Numbered from the stretch's first letter, positions 48,254-58,804 are shown. The stretch: 64,000 bases of DNA from an uncultured delta proteobacterium (GCA_963767925.1 CAVYGB010000010.1:1568001-1632000), one strand, 5' to 3'. Translations and numbers: made by a program. The notes: generated from the letters alone by a model not told the origin.

Positions 48254-49113
48254 GTCACAAGTTCGATCTCGAGACATGGATGGCCGCGCGACGCGCGGAA
48301 GTGGAAAACGTGCTCAAGGCGCGGCTGCCGCCCCCGGAAGAAGATCCGGGACGGCTGGTCGAGGCCATGCGCTATTCGGTGCTGGCTCCGGGAAAACGGA
48401 TGCGGCCCTTGCTGGCGCTGGGAGCGGCGGAGGCGGTGGGGGCGGCTTCGGCCGAGCCCATCCGGCTGGCGGCGGCGGCGATCGAGCTGGTTCACACCTA
48501 CTCGCTGATCCACGACGACCTGCCCGCCATGGACAACGACGACGTCCGGCGGGGGCAGCCCTCGTGCCACAAGGCCTTCGGCGAAGCGACCGCGATCCTC
48601 GCGGGCGATGCGCTGTTGACCCTGGCCTTCGAGTGGCTGTCCGAGGCAGGTGTGCTGGCCCGGACCGCCCAGGAGGAAGGCCGCTGGGCCCGTTCCTCGC
48701 GGGCGGTGGGCTTCCTGCACGCCTCGCGGGCGCTGGCCCGGGCCGCCGGCATGACCGGGATGGTGAAGGGGCAGGCCCGGGACCTGAGCGGCAAGGCGCT
48801 CAAGAACCTGGCCGAGCTCGAGACGTTGCACCGGGAGAAGACCGGGGCGATGTTCCGGGCGGCGCTCGAGGTCGGCGCGCTGGCGGCGGGGGCTCCGGCC
48901 ACCGACCTGGCGGCGCTGCGTGACTTCGGCGACACCTACGGGGTTGCCTTCCAGCACGCCGACGATCTGGTCGACGGGGAGCACGCCGAGTTCGCCGCCG
49001 AGGCCAAGCCGCGGGTGCGCGAGCTGGCCGAACGGGCGGTGTCCACCCTCGAGGGCCTCGGCCCCAACGCCGAGCCCCTGCGGGCCATGGCCCGGGCCCT
49101 GGCGGCGCGCTGA
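48250..49113 (+). CDS. ispA: Farnesyl/geranylgeranyl diphosphate synthase
   Basis: GKRMRP, HTYSLIHDDLPAMDNDDVRRG, AGDAL, KTG, FQHADD. Confidence 0.92.
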   Translation: MSHKFDLETWMAARRAEVENVLKARLPPPEEDPGRLVEAMRYSVLAPGKRMRPLLALGAAEAVGAASAEPIRLAAAAIELVHTYSLIHDDLPAMDNDDVRRGQPSCHKAFGEATAILAGDALLTLAFEWLSEAGVLARTAQEEGRWARSSRAVGFLHASRALARAAGMTGMVKGQARDLSGKALKNLAELETLHREKTGAMFRAALEVGALAAGAPATDLAALRDFGDTYGVAFQHADDLVDGEHAEFAAEAKPRVRELAERAVSTLEGLGPNAEPLRAMARALAAR

Positions 49114-49214
49114 GCGGGGCAGCCCCCCCCCCAGGGGTCCTGTACAAGACGTCAGGGTGCAAGCCTGCCGCGCCATCGGCCGCGCGTCGGTGTTAATATG
49201 GTGGTTCCGGTACC

Positions 49215-50114
49215 GTGAGCTGGGACGACACCACGCAGATCAAGGCACCGCCGTCGGATGCGGCCGCGGTCGATCCCAAGCGCGTGGAGGCCTACCTCAT
49301 CGTGCTTGCCGGCTCGAGCGTCGGTGAGATGTTCAAGCTCAACCGCCCGCGCACCGTGATCGGTCGCGGGCCCACCGCCGAGATCCGCATCCTCGACGAG
49401 GGGGTCTCGCGCGAGCACTGCGAGGTGCTGCGCGAGGGGGAGAAGGTCATCCTGCGCGACCTGCGCTCGACCAACGGCACCTTCTGCCGGGGGGCCGCCG
49501 TCGAGAGCCTGGAGCTGGGCGACGGAGACAAGATCCTCGTCGGCAGCGGGACCGTCCTCAAGTTCACCTACCACGACAAGCTCGACGAGGACTTCCAGCG
49601 GCAGATGCTGGAGTCGGTCCTGCGCGACGACCTGACGAAGGCCTTCAACAAGAAGTACTTCCTCGACCGGGTCGAGAGCGAGTTCGCCTACGCCGTCCGG
49701 CACAACGTCCCGGTGGCCCTGGTCTCCTTCGACATCGATCACTTCAAGCAGACCAACGACACCTACGGACACCAGGCCGGGGACGAGGTGTTGATCGAGG
49801 TGGCCAGCGCCGTGCAGGGTACCGTACGGGTGGAGGACGTCTTCGCCCGGGTGGGCGGCGAGGAGTTCTCGATCGTCTGCCGGGGGGCGGATCTGATGCA
49901 AGGTAGGATCGTGGGGGATCGGGTGCGCTACGCAGTCGAGAAGCGCAAGATCAGCCACGAAGGCCGCCCCATCCCCATCACCATCAGCGTGGGGGTGGCG
50001 GCGGTCCCCTCGCCCACGATCCGCGACGCCACCGAGTTCATCTCCGCGGCCGACCAGATGCTGTACGAGGCCAAGCGCACGGGCCGCAACCGCGTCTGCC
50101 TCTGGAGCAGGTAG
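49215..50114 (+). CDS. FHA-GGDEF diguanylate cyclase
   Basis: IGR..VSREH..STNGT FHA; DIDHFKQTNDTYGHQAGD, RVED I-site, GGEEF. Confidence 0.93.
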   Translation: MSWDDTTQIKAPPSDAAAVDPKRVEAYLIVLAGSSVGEMFKLNRPRTVIGRGPTAEIRILDEGVSREHCEVLREGEKVILRDLRSTNGTFCRGAAVESLELGDGDKILVGSGTVLKFTYHDKLDEDFQRQMLESVLRDDLTKAFNKKYFLDRVESEFAYAVRHNVPVALVSFDIDHFKQTNDTYGHQAGDEVLIEVASAVQGTVRVEDVFARVGGEEFSIVCRGADLMQGRIVGDRVRYAVEKRKISHEGRPIPITISVGVAAVPSPTIRDATEFISAADQMLYEAKRTGRNRVCLWSR

Positions 50115-50143
50115 AATAGCCCCGGGGCCCGCGGCCCCGTCCG

Positions 50144-52639
50144 ATGAACCAGCGCCTGGCCAACCGCCTCGTCCGGATCGCCCTCGCCGGTCTCGGCCTG
50201 CTCGGGCCGACGACCGCCGCGGCGATGTGGATCCGTCCCGGCGTCCGGCAGGTCACCGCGCCGGAGGACAAGCCCACCCGCTTCGACCGCCGCTGGCTCG
50301 AGCCCTACTTCGCCAGCGGGGCGGGGGCGGCGGCGGCCGAGAGCTTTCGGCGCCAGGACTGGCGGACCGCCGTGACCCGGCTGCAGGAGCTGTCGCGCAA
50401 GCTGCCCGCCGGGTCGCCCGAGCGGCTGGGGGCCCGCTACCTGCAGGCCCTGGCCCACACCGAGATCTACGAGTGGGCGCCGGCGCGCGATCTCTTCGAG
50501 CAGCTCTACCAGCACTACCCGGTGCTGGCGCCTTACCACGCCTTCGAGGTGGCCCGCTGCCGGCTGCAGCTCGGCGACGCGGCCGGGGCCCTGGCCTGGA
50601 TCGCCAGGGTGCCGGAGGGGTCCGTGCCCGAGGGTGAGGCCCGGCTGCTGAAGATGCAGGCCCTGGCCGACACGCGGCAGTGGGAGGCGGTCGAGCAGGA
50701 GACCGCCCGCTACCTGGAGCGTTTCCCGAACGGGCGCCGCTCGGAGGCGATGTTCCGGCAGGCCGAGGCTTTGGAGAACCTGAACCGGGAGGTCGCCCGC
50801 ATCGCGGCCATCTACCGGCGGATCTGGGCCGAGGCGCCCCTCGAGAGCTGGGGGCGGCGGGCCGAGGAGCGGCTCACGGCGCTGGCCGGGGAGGCCGCTA
50901 CCGCGGCGCCCGGGACACCCAAGACCGCGGCCGGGGCGGGGGCCCGGATGGCGCCGGCCGACTTCAAGCGCTTCTCGCCGAGCGAGTGGCTGACCCGGGG
51001 CATGGTGTTCTTCGACCGCAACCAGAACGAGCGGGCCGAGTCGGCCTTCGCGGCGGCGCTGGCCGAGGCCAACGTGGCCCTGCCCGCCGGCCCCGGGGGG
51101 GCGGAGCTGCGTTGCCAGGCGGAGTACCACCGGGCCCAGAGCATCTTCAAGCAGCGGCAGCGCCCGCGGGCGGCGCCGGCCTTCCTGCAGGCCGAGGCGG
51201 CCTGCAAGCAGGCGGGCAACAGCGATCTGCTGACGAAGTCCCGCTACCAGGGCGCCCGCTGCCTGGCCACCGCCGGCGAGCGCCAGACGGCCCTCGAGAA
51301 ATACGCCCTCATCGAGCAGGAGGCGCCCGGGCACAGCTACGCCGACGACGCCCGCATCCGGGCGGCCGAGCTGCACACCGACGTCGGCGAGAACGACAAG
51401 GCCGCCGCCCTGCTGGCCGACCTGCCCGACCGCTACCCCACCGGCGACATGCTGGGGGAGGCCCTCTGGCGGCTGGCCCTGGCCGCCATCCGCCAGGGGC
51501 GCTGGCCCGAGGCCCACCGCTGGCTGGACGAGAACCTGCGCCGGGTGCCCCGCGAGGAGGTCTGGTACGCCGAGGGGCGAGCCTATTACTGGAAGGCCCG
51601 GGTCTTCACCCGGCAGCAGGACCCGGTGCAGGCGCTGGCCGCCTACGAGTCGGCGATCCGGAAGTACCCGCTGTCGGTCTACGCCCTGCTCAGCCTGGAG
51701 CGGATGCGGACCGAAAATCCGCGGGCCCGGGCCGCCCTGCTCAAGGAGCTGCGGGCGCCCGATCCGGCGCACGCCGCCTGGCAGTTCGCGCCCCGCCCGG
51801 CCTACGGCAAGCCGGAGTTCCGCCGGGCGGTGGAGCTGGCCCGGCTGGGGCTGGGCAGCGACGCGCGCCGGGAGCTGTCCCGGATCGGCTTCAACGCTCC
51901 CGCCACCCGCGACGCCGCCCGCACCAGCCCGCCCGCCGACGAGGAGCAGCAGGACGTCTACCTGCTGACCGCCATGTTGCTCGACCGGGGGCGGATCTGG
52001 AGCGCGGCCCACGCCATCCCCCGCTATTCGCTGACCGGGTACCGCACCAGCTATCCCCGCGGGCGGCTCGAGACCTTGTGGCGGCTGGCCTACCCCCGCG
52101 CCTTCCCCGAGCTGATCGGGCCCGCCTGCCGGGCCAGCAAGGTCCCCGAGCCCCTGCAGCTCGCCATCATGCGCGAGGAGAGCTCGTTCAACCCTCGGGT
52201 CGAGTCGGTGGCCAACGCGCTCGGGCTGACGCAGATGCTGGTCAAGACCGCGGCCCGCTTCTCCGACCGCTCGGTGAGCCGGGAGACGCTGCTCGACCCG
52301 GCCCGCAACGTCGAGCTGGGGTCGCGTTACCTCGGCTTCTTGCTCGAGCGCTACAACCGCATGCCGCCGCTGGCCATCGCGAGCTACAACGGCGGGGAGG
52401 GGGCGGTCGATCGCTGGCTGCGCGAGCGCGGCGAGCTCGAGCTCGACGAGTTCATCGAGACCATCCCCTTCGACGAGACCCGCAACTACACCAAGCGGGT
52501 GCTGTCCTCCTTCCTCACCTACGGCTGGCTCTACGACGCCAAGAACCCGGTGCCCGAGCTGAGCTTCTCGCTCAAGCCCCCCCGCCCGGAGCGGGTGGGC
52601 CGCCCGCCCGCCCGCAGCTCCAAGACCCGCCCGCAGTGA
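50144..52639 (+). CDS. slt: Soluble lytic transglycosylase with TPR/helical repeats
   Basis: Signal peptide; IMREESSFNP, ALGLTQML, ASYNGG, IPFDETRNYTKRV. Confidence 0.88.
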   Translation: MNQRLANRLVRIALAGLGLLGPTTAAAMWIRPGVRQVTAPEDKPTRFDRRWLEPYFASGAGAAAAESFRRQDWRTAVTRLQELSRKLPAGSPERLGARYLQALAHTEIYEWAPARDLFEQLYQHYPVLAPYHAFEVARCRLQLGDAAGALAWIARVPEGSVPEGEARLLKMQALADTRQWEAVEQETARYLERFPNGRRSEAMFRQAEALENLNREVARIAAIYRRIWAEAPLESWGRRAEERLTALAGEAATAAPGTPKTAAGAGARMAPADFKRFSPSEWLTRGMVFFDRNQNERAESAFAAALAEANVALPAGPGGAELRCQAEYHRAQSIFKQRQRPRAAPAFLQAEAACKQAGNSDLLTKSRYQGARCLATAGERQTALEKYALIEQEAPGHSYADDARIRAAELHTDVGENDKAAALLADLPDRYPTGDMLGEALWRLALAAIRQGRWPEAHRWLDENLRRVPREEVWYAEGRAYYWKARVFTRQQDPVQALAAYESAIRKYPLSVYALLSLERMRTENPRARAALLKELRAPDPAHAAWQFAPRPAYGKPEFRRAVELARLGLGSDARRELSRIGFNAPATRDAARTSPPADEEQQDVYLLTAMLLDRGRIWSAAHAIPRYSLTGYRTSYPRGRLETLWRLAYPRAFPELIGPACRASKVPEPLQLAIMREESSFNPRVESVANALGLTQMLVKTAARFSDRSVSRETLLDPARNVELGSRYLGFLLERYNRMPPLAIASYNGGEGAVDRWLRERGELELDEFIETIPFDETRNYTKRVLSSFLTYGWLYDAKNPVPELSFSLKPPRPERVGRPPARSSKTRPQ

Positions 52640-53065
52640 ACGCAGGGCTGCTCAGCCAGGCGCGGCGAGGTACCCCTCCCGCAAGACGCCGGGCCCCTCG
52701 CCGCCCCGCGGGGAGAGGGCAAACGGGCAGCTGGGATGCCTGACTCAACAGCCTTGGCGCCGGCGGACCGTCCGCGCGCGCTCTGACCGGGGGCTGCGCC
52801 GGCGCGGCGGTCATATCGAACCGCTATGGATGAGGTTTGGTGCCGCAGGGGGCGGGGGAGGATTCTGTAGCGACGGGTGAGAAAACGATACCAGTGCCGC
52901 CAATCCCACAGGTGAGGCAATGACAGATGCTGGACCGCACGGGCATCGCTCGTAGGTCCTTCGCTGTGGGCGCCTCGCTTGAGGCGGTGAGCGCGGGTTC
53001 GCCGGCGGTTGGAGAGAGCCGCTCGGCGAGACGCGATCAGCGTCGTTCGTAAAAAGAGGTGCAAC

Positions 53066-54988
53066 ATGGCGCGCGTTAGATTGAGTAGGTCGGTGGCCGT
53101 GTTCCTTCTCGCAGCGGCGGGATGTGGACCGGGTTCTGTGGGGGCGCCAGGGATGACGCCCGGTCCGAATCCACCGGCGACTCCGCCGGCGGTGACGCCC
53201 CCGGTGGTCAACCCACCCGTGGTCAGCCCGCCGGTGACCGGGCCGCCCGTGACCCCGCCAACCCCCCCGGTCAACCCACCCAACCCGCCGCCGGTCGTTC
53301 CCCCGATTCCGCCCGCCGTGGGCGCGGAGATGCCGGCGGAGGTCGTCGCCCTCTTGCAGTCGCGCTGCTCGCAGTGCCACACCTACGGCGAACGTGACAC
53401 CGCCGGCTGGGGATCGGTGCTCGATCTGAGCCGCATGGTGGCCTCGGACATCGTCGTGCCGGGCAACCCCGATGGCTCCCGCCTGTACCAGCGGGTGGCC
53501 GTCCGGGTGGACATGCCCCTCAACGGCACCCGCCTGTCGCCCGACGAGGTCGGCCTGCTGCGCAACTGGATCACCGGCATGGGCCGGCCCTTCAAGCAGC
53601 CCCGCACCAACGAGCAGATCCTCGACGTGATCGCGGCCGACAACGACCGCATCTTCTTCAGCGACCCCGATCCCAACCAGACCGAGGCGGATCAATACCG
53701 CTACCTCAGCCTGGCCCACTTCGTGGACGAGGGGCGCGCGGTGGCCGAGGTCAAGGCGGCGGAGAGCGTGTTGCAGCTCGTGATGAACTCGCTGTCGAAC
53801 CGCCCGCAGCTCGTGAAGATGCAGGCCGTCGACGAGGCCCGCACCATCTTCCGCTTCAACCTCACCGACCTGGGGTGGACCAAGCAGGACTGGGACAACC
53901 TGGTGACCTTTTACCCGTATTGCATCCAGTCCAACCAGTTCAACCACAGCATCCTGTACGATCGGCTCGACACCCAGGCGCCCTACGTGCGGGCCGACTG
54001 GCTGTTCGCCACCGCGACGAAGAGCCCGCTCTACGAGCAGCTCCTGCGCATCCCCGCCACCCTCGACGAGCTGGCCCAGGACCTGGGCGTCGACGTGGCC
54101 GGCAACATCAACCACATCGGCCAGGCCGAGCCCGAGGACGTGGTGCGCATCGGGTTCCGGGCTTCGGGCGTCTCCTCCCAGAACCGGATCATCGAGCGCC
54201 ACGCCCGGGGCAACGGGGCCGCGCTGTGGATCAGCTACGACTTCGCCAACAACGACGGCGTGGCCGACATCCGCAACAACCCGCTCGGTCCCGAGGCGAT
54301 CGATCAGCGCAACTTCCGGCGGACCTTCACCCAGGCGGGCGGCGAGATCATCTACACCCTCGACAACGGCCTGCAGGGCTACCTGCTCGTCGACGGCGTG
54401 GGGAACCGCATCAGCGAGGCTCCGAAGCAGATCGTGCGGGACCCCCGCCGCCCGGGCGGGGCGGTGGAAAACGGCATCTCCTGCATCAACTGCCACGGCG
54501 TCGGCGGCATGATCCCGGCCCGGGTCTACGACGAGATCTCGCGCTTCGCCGAGACCAACGCCAACCTCTTCTCGGTGGACGAGCTGCGGGAGATCCGCGC
54601 CCTGTACGCGCCGGAGGGGGCCGACCTGCTGAACGACGACGCCGCCCAGTACCGCCGGGTCAAGGGCAACCTGACCACCGAGATGGCCGCCACCGGCCAG
54701 ATCGAATACGACGACTTCGTCACCCTCTCCGGTCAATACGAGGCCGAGGTGGGTCTGCGTGCGGCGGCGACCGAGATGGGGATCGACGTCGGCACGGCCC
54801 GCTCGATCGTCGTGCGCGGGAACAACGAAGGCGACCTGCCGCTGGTGGGGACCGACCCGCTGGTGCCCCGCGCGGTGTTCCAGTGCAAGTACCGCGACCT
54901 GCTGCAACAAGCGACCGGCGATGCCGTGCAATGCAACGGCACCTTCAACAACCAGGCCCTCGTCAACTTCTGCAACACGTTGCGCTGA
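53066..54988 (+). CDS. Lipoprotein with two CxxCH motifs (c-type cytochrome-like)
   Basis: SD AAGAGG; lipobox AAAGC; Pro-rich linker; CSQCH..VPGNPDGSRL..MP..WI domain; CINCH. Confidence 0.75.
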   Translation: MARVRLSRSVAVFLLAAAGCGPGSVGAPGMTPGPNPPATPPAVTPPVVNPPVVSPPVTGPPVTPPTPPVNPPNPPPVVPPIPPAVGAEMPAEVVALLQSRCSQCHTYGERDTAGWGSVLDLSRMVASDIVVPGNPDGSRLYQRVAVRVDMPLNGTRLSPDEVGLLRNWITGMGRPFKQPRTNEQILDVIAADNDRIFFSDPDPNQTEADQYRYLSLAHFVDEGRAVAEVKAAESVLQLVMNSLSNRPQLVKMQAVDEARTIFRFNLTDLGWTKQDWDNLVTFYPYCIQSNQFNHSILYDRLDTQAPYVRADWLFATATKSPLYEQLLRIPATLDELAQDLGVDVAGNINHIGQAEPEDVVRIGFRASGVSSQNRIIERHARGNGAALWISYDFANNDGVADIRNNPLGPEAIDQRNFRRTFTQAGGEIIYTLDNGLQGYLLVDGVGNRISEAPKQIVRDPRRPGGAVENGISCINCHGVGGMIPARVYDEISRFAETNANLFSVDELREIRALYAPEGADLLNDDAAQYRRVKGNLTTEMAATGQIEYDDFVTLSGQYEAEVGLRAAATEMGIDVGTARSIVVRGNNEGDLPLVGTDPLVPRAVFQCKYRDLLQQATGDAVQCNGTFNNQALVNFCNTLR

Positions 54989-55181
54989 GCCTGGGCGCTG
55001 GCGCGGGACCCGCCGAGGATCCCGCCGCCTGACGACATGAACCAGACCGTTGCGCGGGGTCCCGGAAGGGGATCCCGCGCTCTTCTTTTCTGGAGGCTGC
55101 ACCACCTGGTCTCGCGCGGGCTCGGGTCCCGATTGAGCGGCCCCCGGCAACCGCCGATGTGGAGGGTCGGAGTCCACGGCG

Positions 55182-55960
55182 ATGTTCGAGGCGTTCGTCA
55201 AGCAGGGCAAGGACGGCCGGGGGTCCGGCCTCACCCGGCGGGTGATGTTCATGGTGTCGTTCGCCCTGCACGGAGCCCTGCTCTGCGGGGCGGTGTTTCA
55301 CTCGTTCTGGAACGTCGACGAGCTGTCCCCACCGGCGGTGACCGTCACCTTCATCAGCGCCATGGTCGCCCCGCCCCCGCCACCCCCGCCGCCGGCGGCG
55401 GCGGCCAGGGTGGAGAAGGCGGAGAAGCCCCGGGCGAAGAAGCCGACGCCCGAGCCGACGGCGATCGTGCAGCCCACGCCGGAGCCGGTCGTGCAACCGC
55501 CCGAGGTGAAGCCCGAGCCGGCGGAGGCCACCGAGACCGCCGAGGCCGGCCCCGCCGAAGCAGCCCCCGGCGCGGTGGCCGGCGGCGTCGAGGGTGGCGT
55601 GGCTGGAGGGGTCCTCGGCCGGGTGGCTCCCCCCCGCCGCCGGCGCCGACCGGGCCGGTGACCATCGCCCCCAACGTCGGGACCGCCCAGCGGATGACCG
55701 ACCTGGAAGATCCGCGCTACCGCCCGACCCTGCCCCCCGCGCTCAACCGGCCGGGCATGTCGATCTGGGGCGTGTTCCGGATCTGCGTCTCGACCAGCGG
55801 CCGCGTCTCCGAGGTGACGACGATCAAGTCGGCCGATCCGGCGGTCGACCTCGACTGGATCGCGAAGATCAAGACCTGGCAATACCGGCCCTACTCGGTG
55901 GACGGCAAGGCGGTCCCCTTCTGTCACCCGGCGCGCATCCTCGTGAAATCGACGAGCTAG
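55182..55960 (+). CDS. TonB family protein (frameshift near 55620)
   Basis: TM SFALH motif, Pro-rich linker, GGVEGGV, C-terminal TonB_C-like ICVSTSGRV..WQYRP..DGKAVPFC. Confidence 0.78.
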
Positions 55961-55978
55961 CGCAGCGTCTCCCAGCAG

Positions 55979-56056
55979 CGCCCGCCGGGTGCCAGAAAAC
56001 GTCGCGCCCGCCGGGCCCAGAAAAACGTCGCGCCCGCCCGGCCCAGAAAAACGTCG
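55979..56056 (+). repeat. 3 x 26-bp intergenic tandem direct repeat
   Basis: Units resembling CGCCCGCCGGGCCCAGAAAAACGTCG at 55979, 56005 and 56031. Confidence 0.85.
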
Positions 56057-56096
56057 CGTCCGCAGCGTGCGACGCATAGTGTTCTGTGCTGGGCCA

Positions 56097-57608
56097 ATGT
56101 CGACTCCCGCGCCCGAGCCTGCGATCGATCAGCTCCCGCCGCGCGAGCCGTGGGAGGAGCCGCCGCCGGCCGGCTGGGCCTCACACCTGGGCGGGCTGGG
56201 GCTCGAGCTTCTCGCCCTGGTCGGCGCGGTAGCCGCCGCGCTCGGGGCCTGGCGGCTGTCGGGTCTCGCCCGGCGCCTGGGCGCCGAGTCGGCGGGGCCG
56301 GCCGGGCAGGCGCCGGCCAGGGCGCTGCTCGTCCTGATCTGGGTGCTGGCCGGCGCGCTTGTCGTCTCGCTGATCGTGTTCGTCTGGCGGCGCATCGGCG
56401 GCCTGGCCTTCATCGGGGCGATGTTGACCGACCACGGCCGGGTGGCCCGCTTCGGGGGGCGGCCGCCGATCTGGCTGGATCACCCGCCCGGAGACGGGCT
56501 GCGCCTGGCCCACCTGTCCGATCTCCACGTCACCGAGAGCGACAGGGTGCGCATGGTCGAGCGCCCCATCCCCGGCGGCAACCGGCCGCTGGCCCGCCTG
56601 CTCCTCGATCCGGGGGAGCTCTCCCGCTCCGACCTGGTCGTCGTCACCGGCGACGTCACCGACCGGGGCACCGCCGCCTCCTGGCGCCGCTTCCTCGAGC
56701 TGGTGGATCGGGCGGGGCTCAACGACAAGGTCGTGCTGGTGCCGGGCAACCACGACCTGGCCTTCATCGACCCCTGGCACGGCGTGTTCGCCCGCGGCGG
56801 CCACTGGCGGCGGAACGACCGCTTCGGCATCGTCCAGCTCGCCAACCTGGTCAAGTTCTGCGAGGCCTTCGCCGCCACCGGCGGCGGCCGGCGGGGCTCC
56901 GTGCTCCGGGAGGGCGAGCCGGCGCGGTTCCTCGAGGCCTGGCTGGACGTCGAGCAGTCGGTGCGGCCGCTGGTGGCGGCGCTGCCCCGGCTGGAGGTGC
57001 CCCGGCTGCGGTTGGGCCGCGGCTGGACCGCCTCCCGCCGGGCGCTGCGCGCCTACCGGGCGCGCATCACCGCCGCGCGCGAGCGCCTGCTGGCCCTGTT
57101 CCCGGTGGCCGTCCCCGTGCCCGACCGGGAGGGGGTGCTGTTCGTGCTGAACTCCTGCACCCCCGTGTGCCGCCACCCCTCGACAAACGGGCTGGGCTGG
57201 GTCGGGCGCCAGCAGTACCGCCGGCTGGATCGGCTGGCGGTTTTTTTTCCCCAGCCGGTCAAGCTGCTGGCCCTGCACCACCACGTCGTCCGCCGGGTGG
57301 AGGAGCGGGCCCACGATCTCGTCACCCGCATCGTCGCCAAGTTCACCGTGCTGGGGGACGCCCGGCCGCTGGTGCGGTTCTGCCGCAAATACGGGGTGCG
57401 GGCGGTCCTCAACGGGCACCGCCACCTCTCGTACCAGCTCCGCCTGCCCAACGGCACCGTCCTGATGGCCGCCCCCTCCTCGACCCTGGGCGACGAGCTG
57501 TCCCACGACCCCCGCCCCCAGTTCGTCCGCTACGACGTCGGCAAGACCATCGACGCGCCCACCGTCGGCATCTACCACCAGGTGGTGCGCGTGGCGCCGA
57601 CGCGCTAG
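56097..57608 (+). CDS. Membrane-anchored metallophosphoesterase (calcineurin-like)
   Basis: Two TM; HLSDLH, TGD, PGNHD, LHHH, NGHRH. Confidence 0.82.
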   Translation: MSTPAPEPAIDQLPPREPWEEPPPAGWASHLGGLGLELLALVGAVAAALGAWRLSGLARRLGAESAGPAGQAPARALLVLIWVLAGALVVSLIVFVWRRIGGLAFIGAMLTDHGRVARFGGRPPIWLDHPPGDGLRLAHLSDLHVTESDRVRMVERPIPGGNRPLARLLLDPGELSRSDLVVVTGDVTDRGTAASWRRFLELVDRAGLNDKVVLVPGNHDLAFIDPWHGVFARGGHWRRNDRFGIVQLANLVKFCEAFAATGGGRRGSVLREGEPARFLEAWLDVEQSVRPLVAALPRLEVPRLRLGRGWTASRRALRAYRARITAARERLLALFPVAVPVPDREGVLFVLNSCTPVCRHPSTNGLGWVGRQQYRRLDRLAVFFPQPVKLLALHHHVVRRVEERAHDLVTRIVAKFTVLGDARPLVRFCRKYGVRAVLNGHRHLSYQLRLPNGTVLMAAPSSTLGDELSHDPRPQFVRYDVGKTIDAPTVGIYHQVVRVAPTR

Positions 57609-57700
57609 CTTGTTCGCGTCTCCCGCGAGTCTCCTTCCACCCACACCGCGCCCCCGCCGGCTTCAGTTGGCCGGCAGCGGCGCCGATAGGTCCCGTCGAT

Positions 57701-58804
57701 ATGTCCAGGTCCCGTGCGCAGAGCTGCCTGATGCTGGCTGCCGCGCTCCTCCTCAGCGCCAGCGCGGAGGGTGCGCCCAAGAAGAAGAAGCCCCGTCCGG
57801 GCGACACCCCCGCCGCGGACGGCGGCATGATCGCGGGCGAGGTCGCCCGGATGACCTGCCGGGCGCCCGACGAGATCGCCGCCGAGCAGGAGCTGGTGAT
57901 CGAGTGCGACGCCGAGGAATGGCTGGAGGGGGCCCGCATCGAGCTCAACTACCGGTCCTCTGGCAAGGAGGGCTTCACCGCGGTGACGATGGAGGCGGTG
58001 CCGAAGGGCCCCCTGCGCGGGAAGGTCCCGGCGGCCGACGTGCGGCCCCCCTACGTCCACTACTACATCCAGGCAGCGATCCCCGAGGCCGGGGTGGTGG
58101 CCGCCACCGGCAAACACGACACGCCCAGCGTGGTGCAGGTGCAGGCCCCGCCCCCACCGCCCGCCCCCTTCGCCAGCACCGCCTTCGGCGATCCCAACGG
58201 GACGGTCACCCAGTCGGCGGCTGCCCGGCTGGCCTCGTTCGCCACCGGCGGGCCGCGGGCCCCCGGCTCGTTCTGGGTGGGGCTTACGCTGGGGTCCGGC
58301 TACGGCTGGTCCTCGCGCTCCCGGCTGGAATACCGCAGCGACCTCGAGGCGGGCGCCGGCTTCGGGCCGGCCGGCCTGGGGCACCTGTCGCCCGAGGTGG
58401 GGTATCAGATCACGCCGAACATCGCGGTGGCGCTGGCCGGGCGGCACCAGTTCATCTCCGGGGGCGGCGGCGAGCCGGCCTATCCCGGTCAGCCCGCGCG
58501 CTGGGCCCACTCGGTGCTCGCCCGCGGCCTGTACGTCGTCGACTGGGGCCCCTTCGGCGTGCACGGCGCCTTCCAGGCGGGCGCCGGCGACGGCTTTCGC
58601 TTTCGCTTCGCGCCCGATCCGGTGTCCGGCCGGCCGCGCCACGACACGACCCGGGGCGGGCCCTTCGTGTTCGGGCCCGGTGTGGGGCTGGTCTACCGCT
58701 TGCGCGCGCGTTACGCGCTCGTCGCCGAGAGCGGCCTGCTGTTCGGCGTGCCCGATTTCGCCCTGATGACCGACCTGAACCTGGGCCTCCAGGTAAACCT
58801 GTAA
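57701..58804 (+). CDS. Secreted protein with Ig-like N-domain and probable C-terminal beta-barrel
   Basis: Signal peptide; YYIQA beta-sandwich-like segment; amphipathic strands ending DLNLGLQVNL. Confidence 0.6.
   Translation: MSRSRAQSCLMLAAALLLSASAEGAPKKKKPRPGDTPAADGGMIAGEVARMTCRAPDEIAAEQELVIECDAEEWLEGARIELNYRSSGKEGFTAVTMEAVPKGPLRGKVPAADVRPPYVHYYIQAAIPEAGVVAATGKHDTPSVVQVQAPPPPPAPFASTAFGDPNGTVTQSAAARLASFATGGPRAPGSFWVGLTLGSGYGWSSRSRLEYRSDLEAGAGFGPAGLGHLSPEVGYQITPNIAVALAGRHQFISGGGGEPAYPGQPARWAHSVLARGLYVVDWGPFGVHGAFQAGAGDGFRFRFAPDPVSGRPRHDTTRGGPFVFGPGVGLVYRLRARYALVAESGLLFGVPDFALMTDLNLGLQVNL

Noticed and set aside
49215..50114. Hypr-type cGAMP synthase
   Set aside because: The specificity position is Asp (HQAGD), not Ser, as in ordinary diguanylate cyclases.
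52715..52800. c-di-GMP-I (GEMM)-like riboswitch upstream of the cytochrome lipoprotein (GGCAAAC...GACTCAACAGCC...GGCTG)
   Set aside because: No GNRA loop or receptor, and GGCAAAC is explained by a degenerate REP-like repeat end. An Infernal search with the c-di-GMP-I model would be needed.
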